This document shows positions 1-7,263 of a stretch of DNA of 32,000 bases, in pieces. A program made the position numbers and the translations under genes. Origin of the DNA: Phycisphaera mikurensis NBRC 102666 (GTDB taxonomy: Bacteria; Planctomycetota; Phycisphaerae; Phycisphaerales; Phycisphaeraceae). Position 1 is the stretch's first letter. The number at the start of each line of letters is the position of its first letter. Location: positions 1,260,001 through 1,292,000 of the forward strand of contig NC_017080.1 of assembly GCF_000284115.1 (NCBI RefSeq), written 5' to 3'. Under the pieces are notes generated by a model. It saw nothing but the letters and a program-made list of their open reading frames with translations. It ran no database searches and had not been told where the DNA came from.

Positions 1-863
1 CCGATCTCGCTGCGTAGGCGGTGCCGGTGGACCACGCGGTCGACGAAGCCCTTCTCGAGCAGGAACTCGCTGCGTTGGAAGCCGGCGGGGAGCTCCTGCC
101 GCACCGTGTTGGCGATGACGCGGGCGCCGGTGAAGCCGATGAGGGCCTTGGGCTCCGCGAGCGTCACGTCGCCCAGCATGGCGAAGCTGGCGGCGGTGCC
201 GCCGGTGGTGGGGTCGCTGAGCACCGCGATGTACAGGCCGCCGGCGTCGTCGAAGCGGGCCAGGGCGGCGCTGGTCTTGATCATCTGCGAGACGGCCAGC
301 GTGCTCTCCTGCATGCGGGCGCCGCCGCCGGCGCAGACGAGAATCATCGGGCGGTCCTCGTCGGTCGCCAGCTCGATGGCGCGGGTGATCTTCTCGCCCA
401 CCACCGACCCCATGCTCGCCATCATGAACCCGGGGTTCATCACCGCGAGCACGACGCCGCGCCCTTTGATGTAGGCGCGGCCCGCGACCAGCGCGTCGCG
501 TTCGCCGGTCTTCTTCTGCTCCTTCTCGAACCGCTCCTGGTACGGGATGCGGTCGACGAAGGCGAGCGTGTCGAGCGGGACGAGATCCTCCCAAAGCGGC
601 TCGAAAGAGTCCGGGTCGACCATCTGCCGCACCCGCTCGCGGGCATCGACGCGGTGGTGGTGGTCGCAGGCCGGGCACACCCAGAGGTTCTGCTCCAGCG
701 TCTTGCGGTAGAGCATCGCCTCGCACACCTGGCAGCGCGTCCAGAGGCCTTCCGGAACGCCCGAGCGGGTGTCGGCGGGGCGGACGTCGCGCCAGCTCCG
801 GTTGGCGCGGCGATCGGGCAGCGGGGCCGCGGGCGGCTTGGCGTCGGTGGGGGCTTCGGCCAT
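1..863 (-). CDS. accD: Acetyl-CoA carboxylase carboxyltransferase subunit beta, 3' end cut by window edge
   Basis: Minus-strand translation from ATG at 863: MAEAPTDAKPPAAPLPDRRANRSWRDVRPADTRSGVPEGLWTRCQVCEAMLYRKTLEQNLWVCPACDHHHRVDARERVRQMVD...GRAYIKGRGVVLAVMNPGFMMASMG. It has the Cys4 zinc ribbon and AccD core. The listed plus-strand ORF over this interval is a shadow ORF. Confidence 0.93.
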   Translation of the reverse strand, partial: MAEAPTDAKPPAAPLPDRRANRSWRDVRPADTRSGVPEGLWTRCQVCEAMLYRKTLEQNLWVCPACDHHHRVDARERVRQMVDPDSFEPLWEDLVPLDTLAFVDRIPYQERFEKEQKKTGERDALVAGRAYIKGRGVVLAVMNPGFMMASMGSVVGEKITRAIELATDEDRPMILVCAGGGARMQESTLAVSQMIKTSAALARFDDAGGLYIAVLSDPTTGGTAASFAMLGDVTLAEPKALIGFTGARVIANTVRQELPAGFQRSEFLLEKGFVDRVVHRHRLRSEI

Positions 864-906
864 GGAGGTGAGGGGAGACGCCGCGGCGCCGGCCGCTCCC
901 GGCGGT

Positions 907-1386
907 TCAGGACAGATCGGAGGGGTCGTAAACGTCGCCCTGCGAGGACGAGGTGTAGTCGATCAGCTCGGCGTCGTCGAACCACAGAGACAGCTCACGC
1001 TCGGCCGACTCCGGCGAGTCGCTGCCGTGGATGAGGTTGTGGCCGCCGGAGAGTCCCAGGTCGCCGCGGATCGTCCCCGGGGCGGCGAGCCGGCCGTTGG
1101 TGGCACCGATGAGCGTGCGGCAGACGGCAATCGACCCGACGCCACGCACCGCCATCACCACCACCGGGGCGGAGGTGAAGAACGCGATGAGCCCGTCGAA
1201 GAAGCCCTTGCCGGCGTGCTCGGCGTAGTGCTGCTCGGCGAGCTTCCGCGGCACGTGCACGAGCTTCATGCCGGCGAGCTGCAGGCCTTTGCGCTCGAGC
1301 CGGCCGACGATCTCGCCGACGAGGCCTCGTTGGACGGCGTCGGGCTTGGCGATGAGAAGCGTGGTTTCGAAGGCGGCGGGGGGCAT
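907..1386 (-). CDS. ndk: Nucleoside diphosphate kinase
   Basis: MPPAAFETTLLIAKPDAVQRGLVGEIVGRLERKGLQLAGMKLVHVP...GATNGRLAAPGTIRGDLGLSGGHNLIHGSDSPESAERELSLWF; the KPDA start region and NLIHGSDS active-site His motif are intact. Confidence 0.97.
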   Translation of the reverse strand: MPPAAFETTLLIAKPDAVQRGLVGEIVGRLERKGLQLAGMKLVHVPRKLAEQHYAEHAGKGFFDGLIAFFTSAPVVVMAVRGVGSIAVCRTLIGATNGRLAAPGTIRGDLGLSGGHNLIHGSDSPESAERELSLWFDDAELIDYTSSSQGDVYDPSDLS

Positions 1387-1737
1387 GTCGTTCTCCTGAG
1401 GAGCGGGGAGCGGGCGGGGGAGGACGATACCGGCTCGGTGCTCCGGGGGCGGTGAAGCGGGCCACGCTGCCGGGGCTGCGGGGGAGGCGAAGCACCGCTC
1501 CGCGGCGGGGGCCACCTGCCCAGGGGCCCGCTCCGCGATGCCACGCTCTCGCCGGGGGGCCGCCGATGGCCCCGACGCGGGACGCCGCCGGCGCTCAAGA
1601 CGTACGGGCCTCTGCGACCCCGAGGGGCCTCGCCGGCCGATCGCGCCGCGGCGGCCCCCGGTGCCCGGAGCCCCGAGCCGCTGCGGTAGGGTGGCGCCCG
1701 GACCACTCGCCGGGGGAGCCCAAGGAAGAACAGCATC

Positions 1738-2346
1738 ATGCGGCCAGTTGAGACCGCCACCGACATCGCAGGACGGGAGCTCGCCAAGGGCGACACCGTC
1801 TCGACCACCACCGGCTTCGCCTCGGGGCGCATCTGGGACATCGCCGACGACGACGGCGTGAGCTTCGTTCAGATCCGGCCGGTCCACCAGCCGTACGGGC
1901 AGGCGGTCTGGTACGCGAGCGAGCAGGTGATCTGGGTGGCCACGCCGAAGATCCGCGACCGGGCGAAGGAGGAGGCGGAGAAGAAGATCGCCGTGGAGAA
2001 GGCGGCCAAGGCCCGCGCGGCGGCCGAGGGCGTCGGCGGCGGGTCGGTGGCGGAGCGGGCCGCCCCCCGGAAGAAGGCCGCGAGCAAGAAGGCCGCCTCG
2101 AAGAAAGCGGCCGCCGCCAAGGGCGTCATCACCACGAAGAAGACGGGCGCGAAGAAAAGTTCGAAGAAGAAGGCGGCCGCGGAGTCGGAGCCCCCGGCAC
2201 CGAAGCAGGTGGCGAAGAAAGCCGCGGCGAAGAAGCCCTCGGCGAAGAAGACCCCCGCGAAGAAGGCGGCCGCGAAGAAGGGCCCCGCGAAAAAGGCGGC
2301 GGCCAAGAAGCCATCGCAGAAGAAAGCTCCGAGAAAGAAGGATTGA
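1738..2346 (+). CDS. Small N-terminal domain fused to histone H1-like Lys/Ala-rich tail
   Basis: About 70 aa ordered N-terminus (GDTVSTTTGFASGRIWDIADDDGVSFVQIRPVHQPYGQAVWYASEQVIWV) followed by KKAASKKAASKKAAAAK...KKAAAKKPSAKKTPAKKAAAKKGPAKKAAAKKPSQKKAPRKKD. Confidence 0.85.
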   Translation: MRPVETATDIAGRELAKGDTVSTTTGFASGRIWDIADDDGVSFVQIRPVHQPYGQAVWYASEQVIWVATPKIRDRAKEEAEKKIAVEKAAKARAAAEGVGGGSVAERAAPRKKAASKKAASKKAAAAKGVITTKKTGAKKSSKKKAAAESEPPAPKQVAKKAAAKKPSAKKTPAKKAAAKKGPAKKAAAKKPSQKKAPRKKD

Positions 2347-2546
2347 CGGCCGCGGGGCAGCGCGAGCGGGGCAGCGGGCACCGGGCCGCCGCCGCGAGCG
2401 GGACGCCCGGGGCGCTGCACCGCATCATTATCGGCCGCCCGTCCGGCGGCATCGCGGCGGCCGGCGTCGCCCGGGGTCGATGACGCGCGGCCGGCCGGGT
2501 CGTCTGGACCCGGTGCGGCGGACCGTTCCCCCCCCGGAAGCTCTCG

Positions 2547-3020
2547 ATGCCCCGCCCCGCCCCCGTCCGCCTCCCCGTCGACGCCACCGGCAGCGCCCGC
2601 CGCGACGACCTCCCCCGCCGCGGCTTCTCGGCGGAGGCGGCGACCGCGACGCTGGTCTACCTCGGGCCCGTGGTGCGGGACGTCCGCCGCGGCTTCCGGC
2701 GGGTCGCCCGGCTCCGACGCTTGCTCGACAGCGCCTCCCTCGCCGAGGGCTCGGCTCGCCGGAAGCGGCTCGCCGCGGCGCACCAGCAGCGGATGACGCG
2801 GCTGGCGGGGCTCGTCGACGAGGTGCAGGCCGTCGGCGCCCAGCTCCGCGACTTCGAGGCGGGCGCAATCGCCTTCCCGAGCGACGACGAGGGCGTGCCC
2901 GCGGGCGGGTACCTCTCGTGGCTGCCCGGCGAGGCCGCGGTCTGCCACGCCCACGGACCCGACGAGCCGACCGAAGCCCGCCGCCCGCTGCGACGCAAAG
3001 CCCGTCGCCGGGCGGCGTGA
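2547..3020 (+). CDS. DUF2203-like protein
   Basis: FSAEAATATLVYLGPVVRDVRR...LVDEVQAVGAQLRDFEAGAIAFPSDDEGVPAGGYLSWLPGEAAVCHAHGPDE resembles the DUF2203 pattern (Lxx-G-x-L-[KR]-D-xx-x-G-x-[IV]-x-FP ... W..GE ... WH). Start codon uncertain. Confidence 0.6.
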   Translation: MPRPAPVRLPVDATGSARRDDLPRRGFSAEAATATLVYLGPVVRDVRRGFRRVARLRRLLDSASLAEGSARRKRLAAAHQQRMTRLAGLVDEVQAVGAQLRDFEAGAIAFPSDDEGVPAGGYLSWLPGEAAVCHAHGPDEPTEARRPLRRKARRRAA

Positions 3021-3062
3021 GCCCGAGCGGGCCGGGCGGCCGGCTCGGGCGTAGCGTCGGCC

Positions 3063-3293
3063 ATGCTGGTCGCATTCTCCAACCGGCTCGGATGCGGCGG
3101 CTCGCTGCTGGTCAGCCTCGTGGGCTCCATCGTGCTGATCGTCGCGATGCTCGGCCTCAACGCCTGCTTCACCCGCGGCGCCCCGCTGGTGGTCCCCGGT
3201 CCCGACGCCCCGGCATCGGTGGGCGAGGCGGTCGGCGGGACCGAGGCTTCGGCCACGCCGCGGACCGCCGCGGAAAGGGAGGCGTCGGGCTGA
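3063..3293 (+). CDS. Small single-pass membrane protein, hypothetical
   Basis: 76 aa ORF with a hydrophobic segment (GSLLVSLVGSIVLIVAMLGLNA). Its last codons and stop lie inside palindromic element copy 3258..3303. Confidence 0.5.
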   Translation: MLVAFSNRLGCGGSLLVSLVGSIVLIVAMLGLNACFTRGAPLVVPGPDAPASVGEAVGGTEASATPRTAAEREASG

Positions 3294-3303
3294 CGGTCCG
3301 CGG
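3258..3303. repeat. 46-nt palindromic element, copy 1 (convergent gene junction, overlaps stop codon)
   Basis: CCGCGGACCGCCGCGGAAAGGGAGGCGTCGGGCTGACGGTCCGCGG; arms CCGCGGACCG/CGGTCCGCGG are perfect reverse complements. Confidence 0.85.
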
Positions 3304-3314
3304 ATCCGGACGAT

Positions 3315-4049
3315 TCAGAAGCCGAACAAGTCGGCGGCGGTGGCGGCGTCGAGCGCATCGGCCGGGGTGTCCGCCTCGCCCGGGAGCGCTTCCGCGAGGT
3401 CCGGCATGAGGGCCGCCGGATCGAGCCCGTGCGCGCGGAGCAGCAGCAGCGGGTCGCGGTCGATCAGCACGGCCAGCCCGAGCATCGTGCATAGGAGGTG
3501 CTTGCACGCGGAGTCGCCGTCGAGGCAGTCGCAGCTGGTGGCGACGCCGCGCCTCTGCGGCAGCAGCGGGCAAGCGGGTTCGGACAGGGCCGCCTCCACC
3601 GCGGCGGGCAGTTGGCCGGCGGCGAGAGCGGACGCGTCGGCGGGGGTCAGCTGCGCCCGCAGCGACGCCACGGCGTTTCTCCACCACCGCTTCGGCGGCG
3701 GCTTCAGCCGGAACGCCGTCTCGTACGTCTCCAAGCCGTAGACGCGCCCGTCGGCCCCGCCGCCCTCGCGGGCGGTGGTCGCCCGCGCGTCGCCGTCCTT
3801 CACCTGCAGGTCGACCAGGCAGTGGTGGCGGAGGTAGCCCTTTGCCTTGGTCGCCCGCGACGCGCTGCCGGCGTAGCGGAGCGACGCCTCGAAGAAGGCG
3901 GTGCCCAGGAGCGTGCGCGTCTGCTGGCGGCCCTCCGCCGCGACGGGCCGGATCGCGCCCCACCGCTTCGGCGGCTTGGCGATGAGCTCCAGCGCCTCCT
4001 CCTTCAGCTCGCCCAGCGGCTTGCTCGGGCCGGAGTCGTACCAGCTCAT
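3315..4049 (-). CDS. SWIM zinc-finger protein, partner of SNF2 helicase
   Basis: SWIM-type core CDCLDGDSACKHLLCTMLGLAVLIDRDPLLLLRAHG; the start overlaps the SNF2 stop (ATGA, 4046..4049). Confidence 0.85.
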   Translation of the reverse strand: MSWYDSGPSKPLGELKEEALELIAKPPKRWGAIRPVAAEGRQQTRTLLGTAFFEASLRYAGSASRATKAKGYLRHHCLVDLQVKDGDARATTAREGGGADGRVYGLETYETAFRLKPPPKRWWRNAVASLRAQLTPADASALAAGQLPAAVEAALSEPACPLLPQRRGVATSCDCLDGDSACKHLLCTMLGLAVLIDRDPLLLLRAHGLDPAALMPDLAEALPGEADTPADALDAATAADLFGF

Positions 4050-6412
4050 CCGAAGGCGTCCAGATCGAGGCGGACCAGGTTCAGCAGCGCGTCGTCATCG
4101 AGTTCGGTGAGCTTCAGCTCGCCGGTGTCTCCTTCGCCCGGGAGCACCGCCCCGGCGAGCGCCCGCTTGTCTTCGATCATGGCGTCGATCTTCTCCTCGA
4201 TGGTGCCGCGGGTGATCATCGTGTGCACGAAGACGTTGCGCTTCTGGCCGATGCGGAAGGCCCGGTCGGTCGCCTGGTCCTCGACGGCGGGGTTCCACCA
4301 GCGGTCGAAGTGAACGACCTGCGCGGCGGCCGTGAGGTTCAAGCCCACGCCGGCGGCCTTGAGCGAGAGCACGAGGCTCGGTGGGCCGTCCTCCGCCTGG
4401 AAGCGGGCGACGATCTTCTTCCGCTTGGCCACCGGGACGCCGCCGTGGATCGCGTCGCCGCGGCGGCCGAAGACATCCGCGAGCAGGTTCCGCAGCGGGT
4501 CGATCACCTCGCGGAACTGCGTAAACACCAGCACCCGCTCGTCGGCCTCGGCGAGCCGCTCGGCGAGCTCGACCAGGCGCCTCATCTTCCCGGACTGCCG
4601 CGGCTCGTAGCCGCCCTCGCCGGTGAGCTGGTCGGGGTGGTTGCAGCACTGCTTCAGCCGCGTGAGCGTCTGCACGACCAGGCCCTTCCGGCGGATGTCG
4701 TCGGCCCCGTCGAGCTGCTCGGCGAGCCGGTCGACAGTGGCCTCGTAGAGCTTCACCTGCTTCGGCGTCAGCTCGCACCAGGTTCTGGTGACGGTCTTGT
4801 CGGGTAGATCCGAGATCACCGACTTGTCGGTCTTGCTCCGCCGGAGCAGGTAAGGCTGCACCAACCCGCGGATCCGGCCGTACCTCGCGGAGCCCCGGTC
4901 GGGTTCCTCCGACCCATCGGCTTCGGATCCGCGGACCGTCGCCTCTTTGAGGCCATCTCCGCCACGGTCCGCGGATTCGCGGTCGAGCCGCGCGAGCAGC
5001 TTCTTGAAGCCCACCCGCGAGCCGAGCAGCCCGGGGTTCAGGAAGTCGAACAGCGACCACAGGTCCGACAGGCGGTTCTCCACCGGCGTGCCGGTCATCG
5101 CGATCCGCGCCGGCGCCGGGATCTTCTTGACCGCGCGTGCCTGCTTCGTTGCGGGGTTCTTGATCGCCTGCGCCTCGTCGAGGATGACGCGGCTCCACGG
5201 GCACAGCGCGAGCCAGTCCAGCCGGCCCGCCATGGCGTAGGTGGTGACGACGAGGTCGCGCCCGCGGAAGGCCTTCGCCGGCGTTCTCCCGCGGGCCGCC
5301 GCCTCGGCCCGCTCCAGGCGGTCGCCCCCGGAGGTGCCCGGGTGGAGCAGCTCGACCGCGAGGTCGGGCGTGAACCTTTTGGCTTCCTCCTCCCAGTTGT
5401 GCAGGAGGCTCGCCGGCACGACCAGCAGGCTCGGCGGCCGCGGGCCTTCTTCCTTGTCGGCGCGCAACGCCGCGAGCACCTGCAGCGTCTTGCCCAGGCC
5501 CATGTCGTCGGCGAGGCAGGCGCCCAGCCCGAGCCCGCCGAGGAAGCGGAGCCAGGCGACGCCCTCTTGCTGATACGGCCGCAGCGTCGCGCGCAGGCCC
5601 GGGATGCTCGCGGGTTGCAGCCGCGCCGGGTCGCGCAGCCGGGCCGCGGTCTCGCGGAAGGCGCCGCCGGCGGTGGCGTGCAGCCAGGGCTCGCCGTCCC
5701 CGTCCAACGCCTCTTCTGTAGCGCCCGCCGAGCCGCCGAGCATCCGCATCGCCGCGAGCAGCGTCACGCCGTCGAGATTCTGCCGGCTCAGCGCGTGCAG
5801 CCGGGCGATCGCCTGCCGGAGCTGCTCCGCGTCCACCGCCGCCCAGCGACCCTTGAGCAGCACGAGCGTCTCGCCGGTCGCGTCGTCGTCCATCAGCCCG
5901 TCGGCTTCCTCGGCCGAGAGCGTCGCATCACCCAGGGCGAGGGCGGCGTGGAAGTCCAGCAGCGCCTCCGCCCCGACACGCGAAGCCGTGCCGCCGATCT
6001 TCACGTCCACCTTCGGCTTCGCCCGCTTCTTCCACCAGTCCGGCAGCCTCGCCTCCAGGCCGGCGTCCCGCATCTCCGGGACGCCCCGCAGGAACGCCGT
6101 CGCCATCGCGACGTCGAACCGCAGCGGGTGGTAGACGTGCCTGCTCGCGACGAGCTCCCGCAGCCAGGGCAGCCGCTCGCCCGCCGCGTGCAGGGGCGCC
6201 AGCAGCCCGGCCAGGCCCGCCGCGTCGCCCGCCTCCGCCCGCTCCCGCGCGGCCGCGAGCAGGCGCTGGCGCCCGGTCCGGCCGCTTCCTTCCCTCGTCT
6301 CCACGCTCGCGAGGAACGCGAACGGCCGCTCCGCGTCGTCGGGATTCTCGACCAGGCGGAGGACGACCCGCACCGCTTGAGCTTCCCCGCGTTGTCGACG
6401 CTGACCCGTCAC
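4046..6412 (-). CDS. SNF2-family DEAD/DEAH helicase
   Basis: LRPYQQEGVAWLRFLGGLGLGACLADDMGLGKTLQVLA...VILDEAQAIKN...IAMTGTPVENRLSDLWSLFDFLNPG...VLVFTQFREVID...LSLKAAGVGLNLTAAAQVVHFDRWWNPAVEDQATDRAFRIGQ. I place the start at GTG 6412, overlapping the SdpI stop (GTGA). The ORF-track start at 6796 would run antiparallel to good evidence, reading through the SdpI gene in another frame. Confidence 0.9.
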   Translation of the reverse strand: MTGQRRQRGEAQAVRVVLRLVENPDDAERPFAFLASVETREGSGRTGRQRLLAAARERAEAGDAAGLAGLLAPLHAAGERLPWLRELVASRHVYHPLRFDVAMATAFLRGVPEMRDAGLEARLPDWWKKRAKPKVDVKIGGTASRVGAEALLDFHAALALGDATLSAEEADGLMDDDATGETLVLLKGRWAAVDAEQLRQAIARLHALSRQNLDGVTLLAAMRMLGGSAGATEEALDGDGEPWLHATAGGAFRETAARLRDPARLQPASIPGLRATLRPYQQEGVAWLRFLGGLGLGACLADDMGLGKTLQVLAALRADKEEGPRPPSLLVVPASLLHNWEEEAKRFTPDLAVELLHPGTSGGDRLERAEAAARGRTPAKAFRGRDLVVTTYAMAGRLDWLALCPWSRVILDEAQAIKNPATKQARAVKKIPAPARIAMTGTPVENRLSDLWSLFDFLNPGLLGSRVGFKKLLARLDRESADRGGDGLKEATVRGSEADGSEEPDRGSARYGRIRGLVQPYLLRRSKTDKSVISDLPDKTVTRTWCELTPKQVKLYEATVDRLAEQLDGADDIRRKGLVVQTLTRLKQCCNHPDQLTGEGGYEPRQSGKMRRLVELAERLAEADERVLVFTQFREVIDPLRNLLADVFGRRGDAIHGGVPVAKRKKIVARFQAEDGPPSLVLSLKAAGVGLNLTAAAQVVHFDRWWNPAVEDQATDRAFRIGQKRNVFVHTMITRGTIEEKIDAMIEDKRALAGAVLPGEGDTGELKLTELDDDALLNLVRLDLDAFG
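4929..4974. repeat. 46-nt palindromic element, copy 2 (in frame inside SNF2 helicase gene)
   Basis: CCGCGGACCGTCGCCTCTTTGAGGCCATCTCCGCCACGGTCCGCGG. The helicase reads it as SADRGGDGLKEATVRG. Confidence 0.9.
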
Positions 6413-6741
6413 GTCCGATCGAGCAGCAGGGGCACGTAGCCGATGACCGGGAGGAACGACGAGGCCAGCAGCCCGCCCACCAGCCAGCTGCCCGGCACCG
6501 CGGGGATCAGCAGCCAGCCGACGACGCCGCTGGCGACCAGGGCGACGCCCGCCGGCAGGAGCCAACGCCCGCAGGCCGCGTTGAGGCGGTACCAGGCCGC
6601 GTCGTCGCGGAGCGTCGTGCGTGTCCGGAGCCCGAAAAGCAGGTTCGGCTTCACCTTCCCGCGGATCAGCGGCACGGCGGACCCGACGCACATCAGGCCG
6701 AGAAGCAGGTTGAGGAGGCAGAGGAGGAAGGCCGGGTTCAT
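6409..6741 (-). CDS. SdpI-like small membrane protein
   Basis: MNPAFLLCLLNLLLGLMCVGSAVPLIRGKVKPNLLFGLRTRTTLRDDAAWYRLNAACGRWLLPAGVALVASG...; GLRTRTTL..W..N...GR is typical of the SdpI family. Confidence 0.8.
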   Translation of the reverse strand: MNPAFLLCLLNLLLGLMCVGSAVPLIRGKVKPNLLFGLRTRTTLRDDAAWYRLNAACGRWLLPAGVALVASGVVGWLLIPAVPGSWLVGGLLASSFLPVIGYVPLLLDRT

Positions 6742-7259
6742 CGCCGCTTCGGCCAGTCTCGGGGCAGCTGGATCGTGCAGCCGTCGTGCAGGTCAATCGT
6801 GTGCACCTCCGGCTGCTTCTGTGTCCGCGTGTCGTGCAGCGTCAGCGTCGGGGGATCCGCCAGCAAGTAGTGCTTCACGCCACGTTCGGCGTAGATCTCG
6901 CGCTTCTCGTTGCGGTCGCGGAGGTGCGTCGCCGGAGAGAGCACCTCGACGATCAGCGCTGGAGCTTCCCGGATGAAGGTGTCGTCCTCGTGCCCGCAGA
7001 GCACGCTGATGTCCGGACGCACGATCAGGTCCTCGGCCAGGATCCAGTCGACCTCGTTGACGAGTTCGCAGTCGCCGCAGGCATCCCGGGCGTCGAGCTG
7101 TGCGTGGAGCGCCGCGAGGATGCGAGCGGAGAAACGGCCGTGCGGCCGCCCCGGTGACGGCGACATCGCGATCGCGTGCCCGAACCAGAGCTCCCACTCC
7201 CCCTCCCACCGCTTGTAGTCGTCGACGGTGTAGTGGGGGATGTGGTGAAGCGCGGGCAC
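6738..7259 (-). CDS. Uma2-family (DUF820) putative PD-(D/E)XK endonuclease
   Basis: Y.VDDYKRWEG.WEL..G..IAMSPSPGRPHGRFSARI...VNEVDWIL....IVRPDISVLCG...FIREAPALIVEVLSPATHLRDRNEKREIYAERGVKHYLLADP; the PD...EVLS...K residues are retained. GTG start; ATGA overlap with the downstream gene. Confidence 0.88.
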   Translation of the reverse strand: MPALHHIPHYTVDDYKRWEGEWELWFGHAIAMSPSPGRPHGRFSARILAALHAQLDARDACGDCELVNEVDWILAEDLIVRPDISVLCGHEDDTFIREAPALIVEVLSPATHLRDRNEKREIYAERGVKHYLLADPPTLTLHDTRTQKQPEVHTIDLHDGCTIQLPRDWPKRR

Positions 7260-7263
7260 GCGA

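Noticed and set aside
6413-6796. N-terminal extension of the SNF2 ORF as listed
   Set aside because: It overlaps the SdpI-like gene, the sequence is low-complexity Arg/Pro/Gly, and a GTG start at 6412 gives classic 4-nt coupling.
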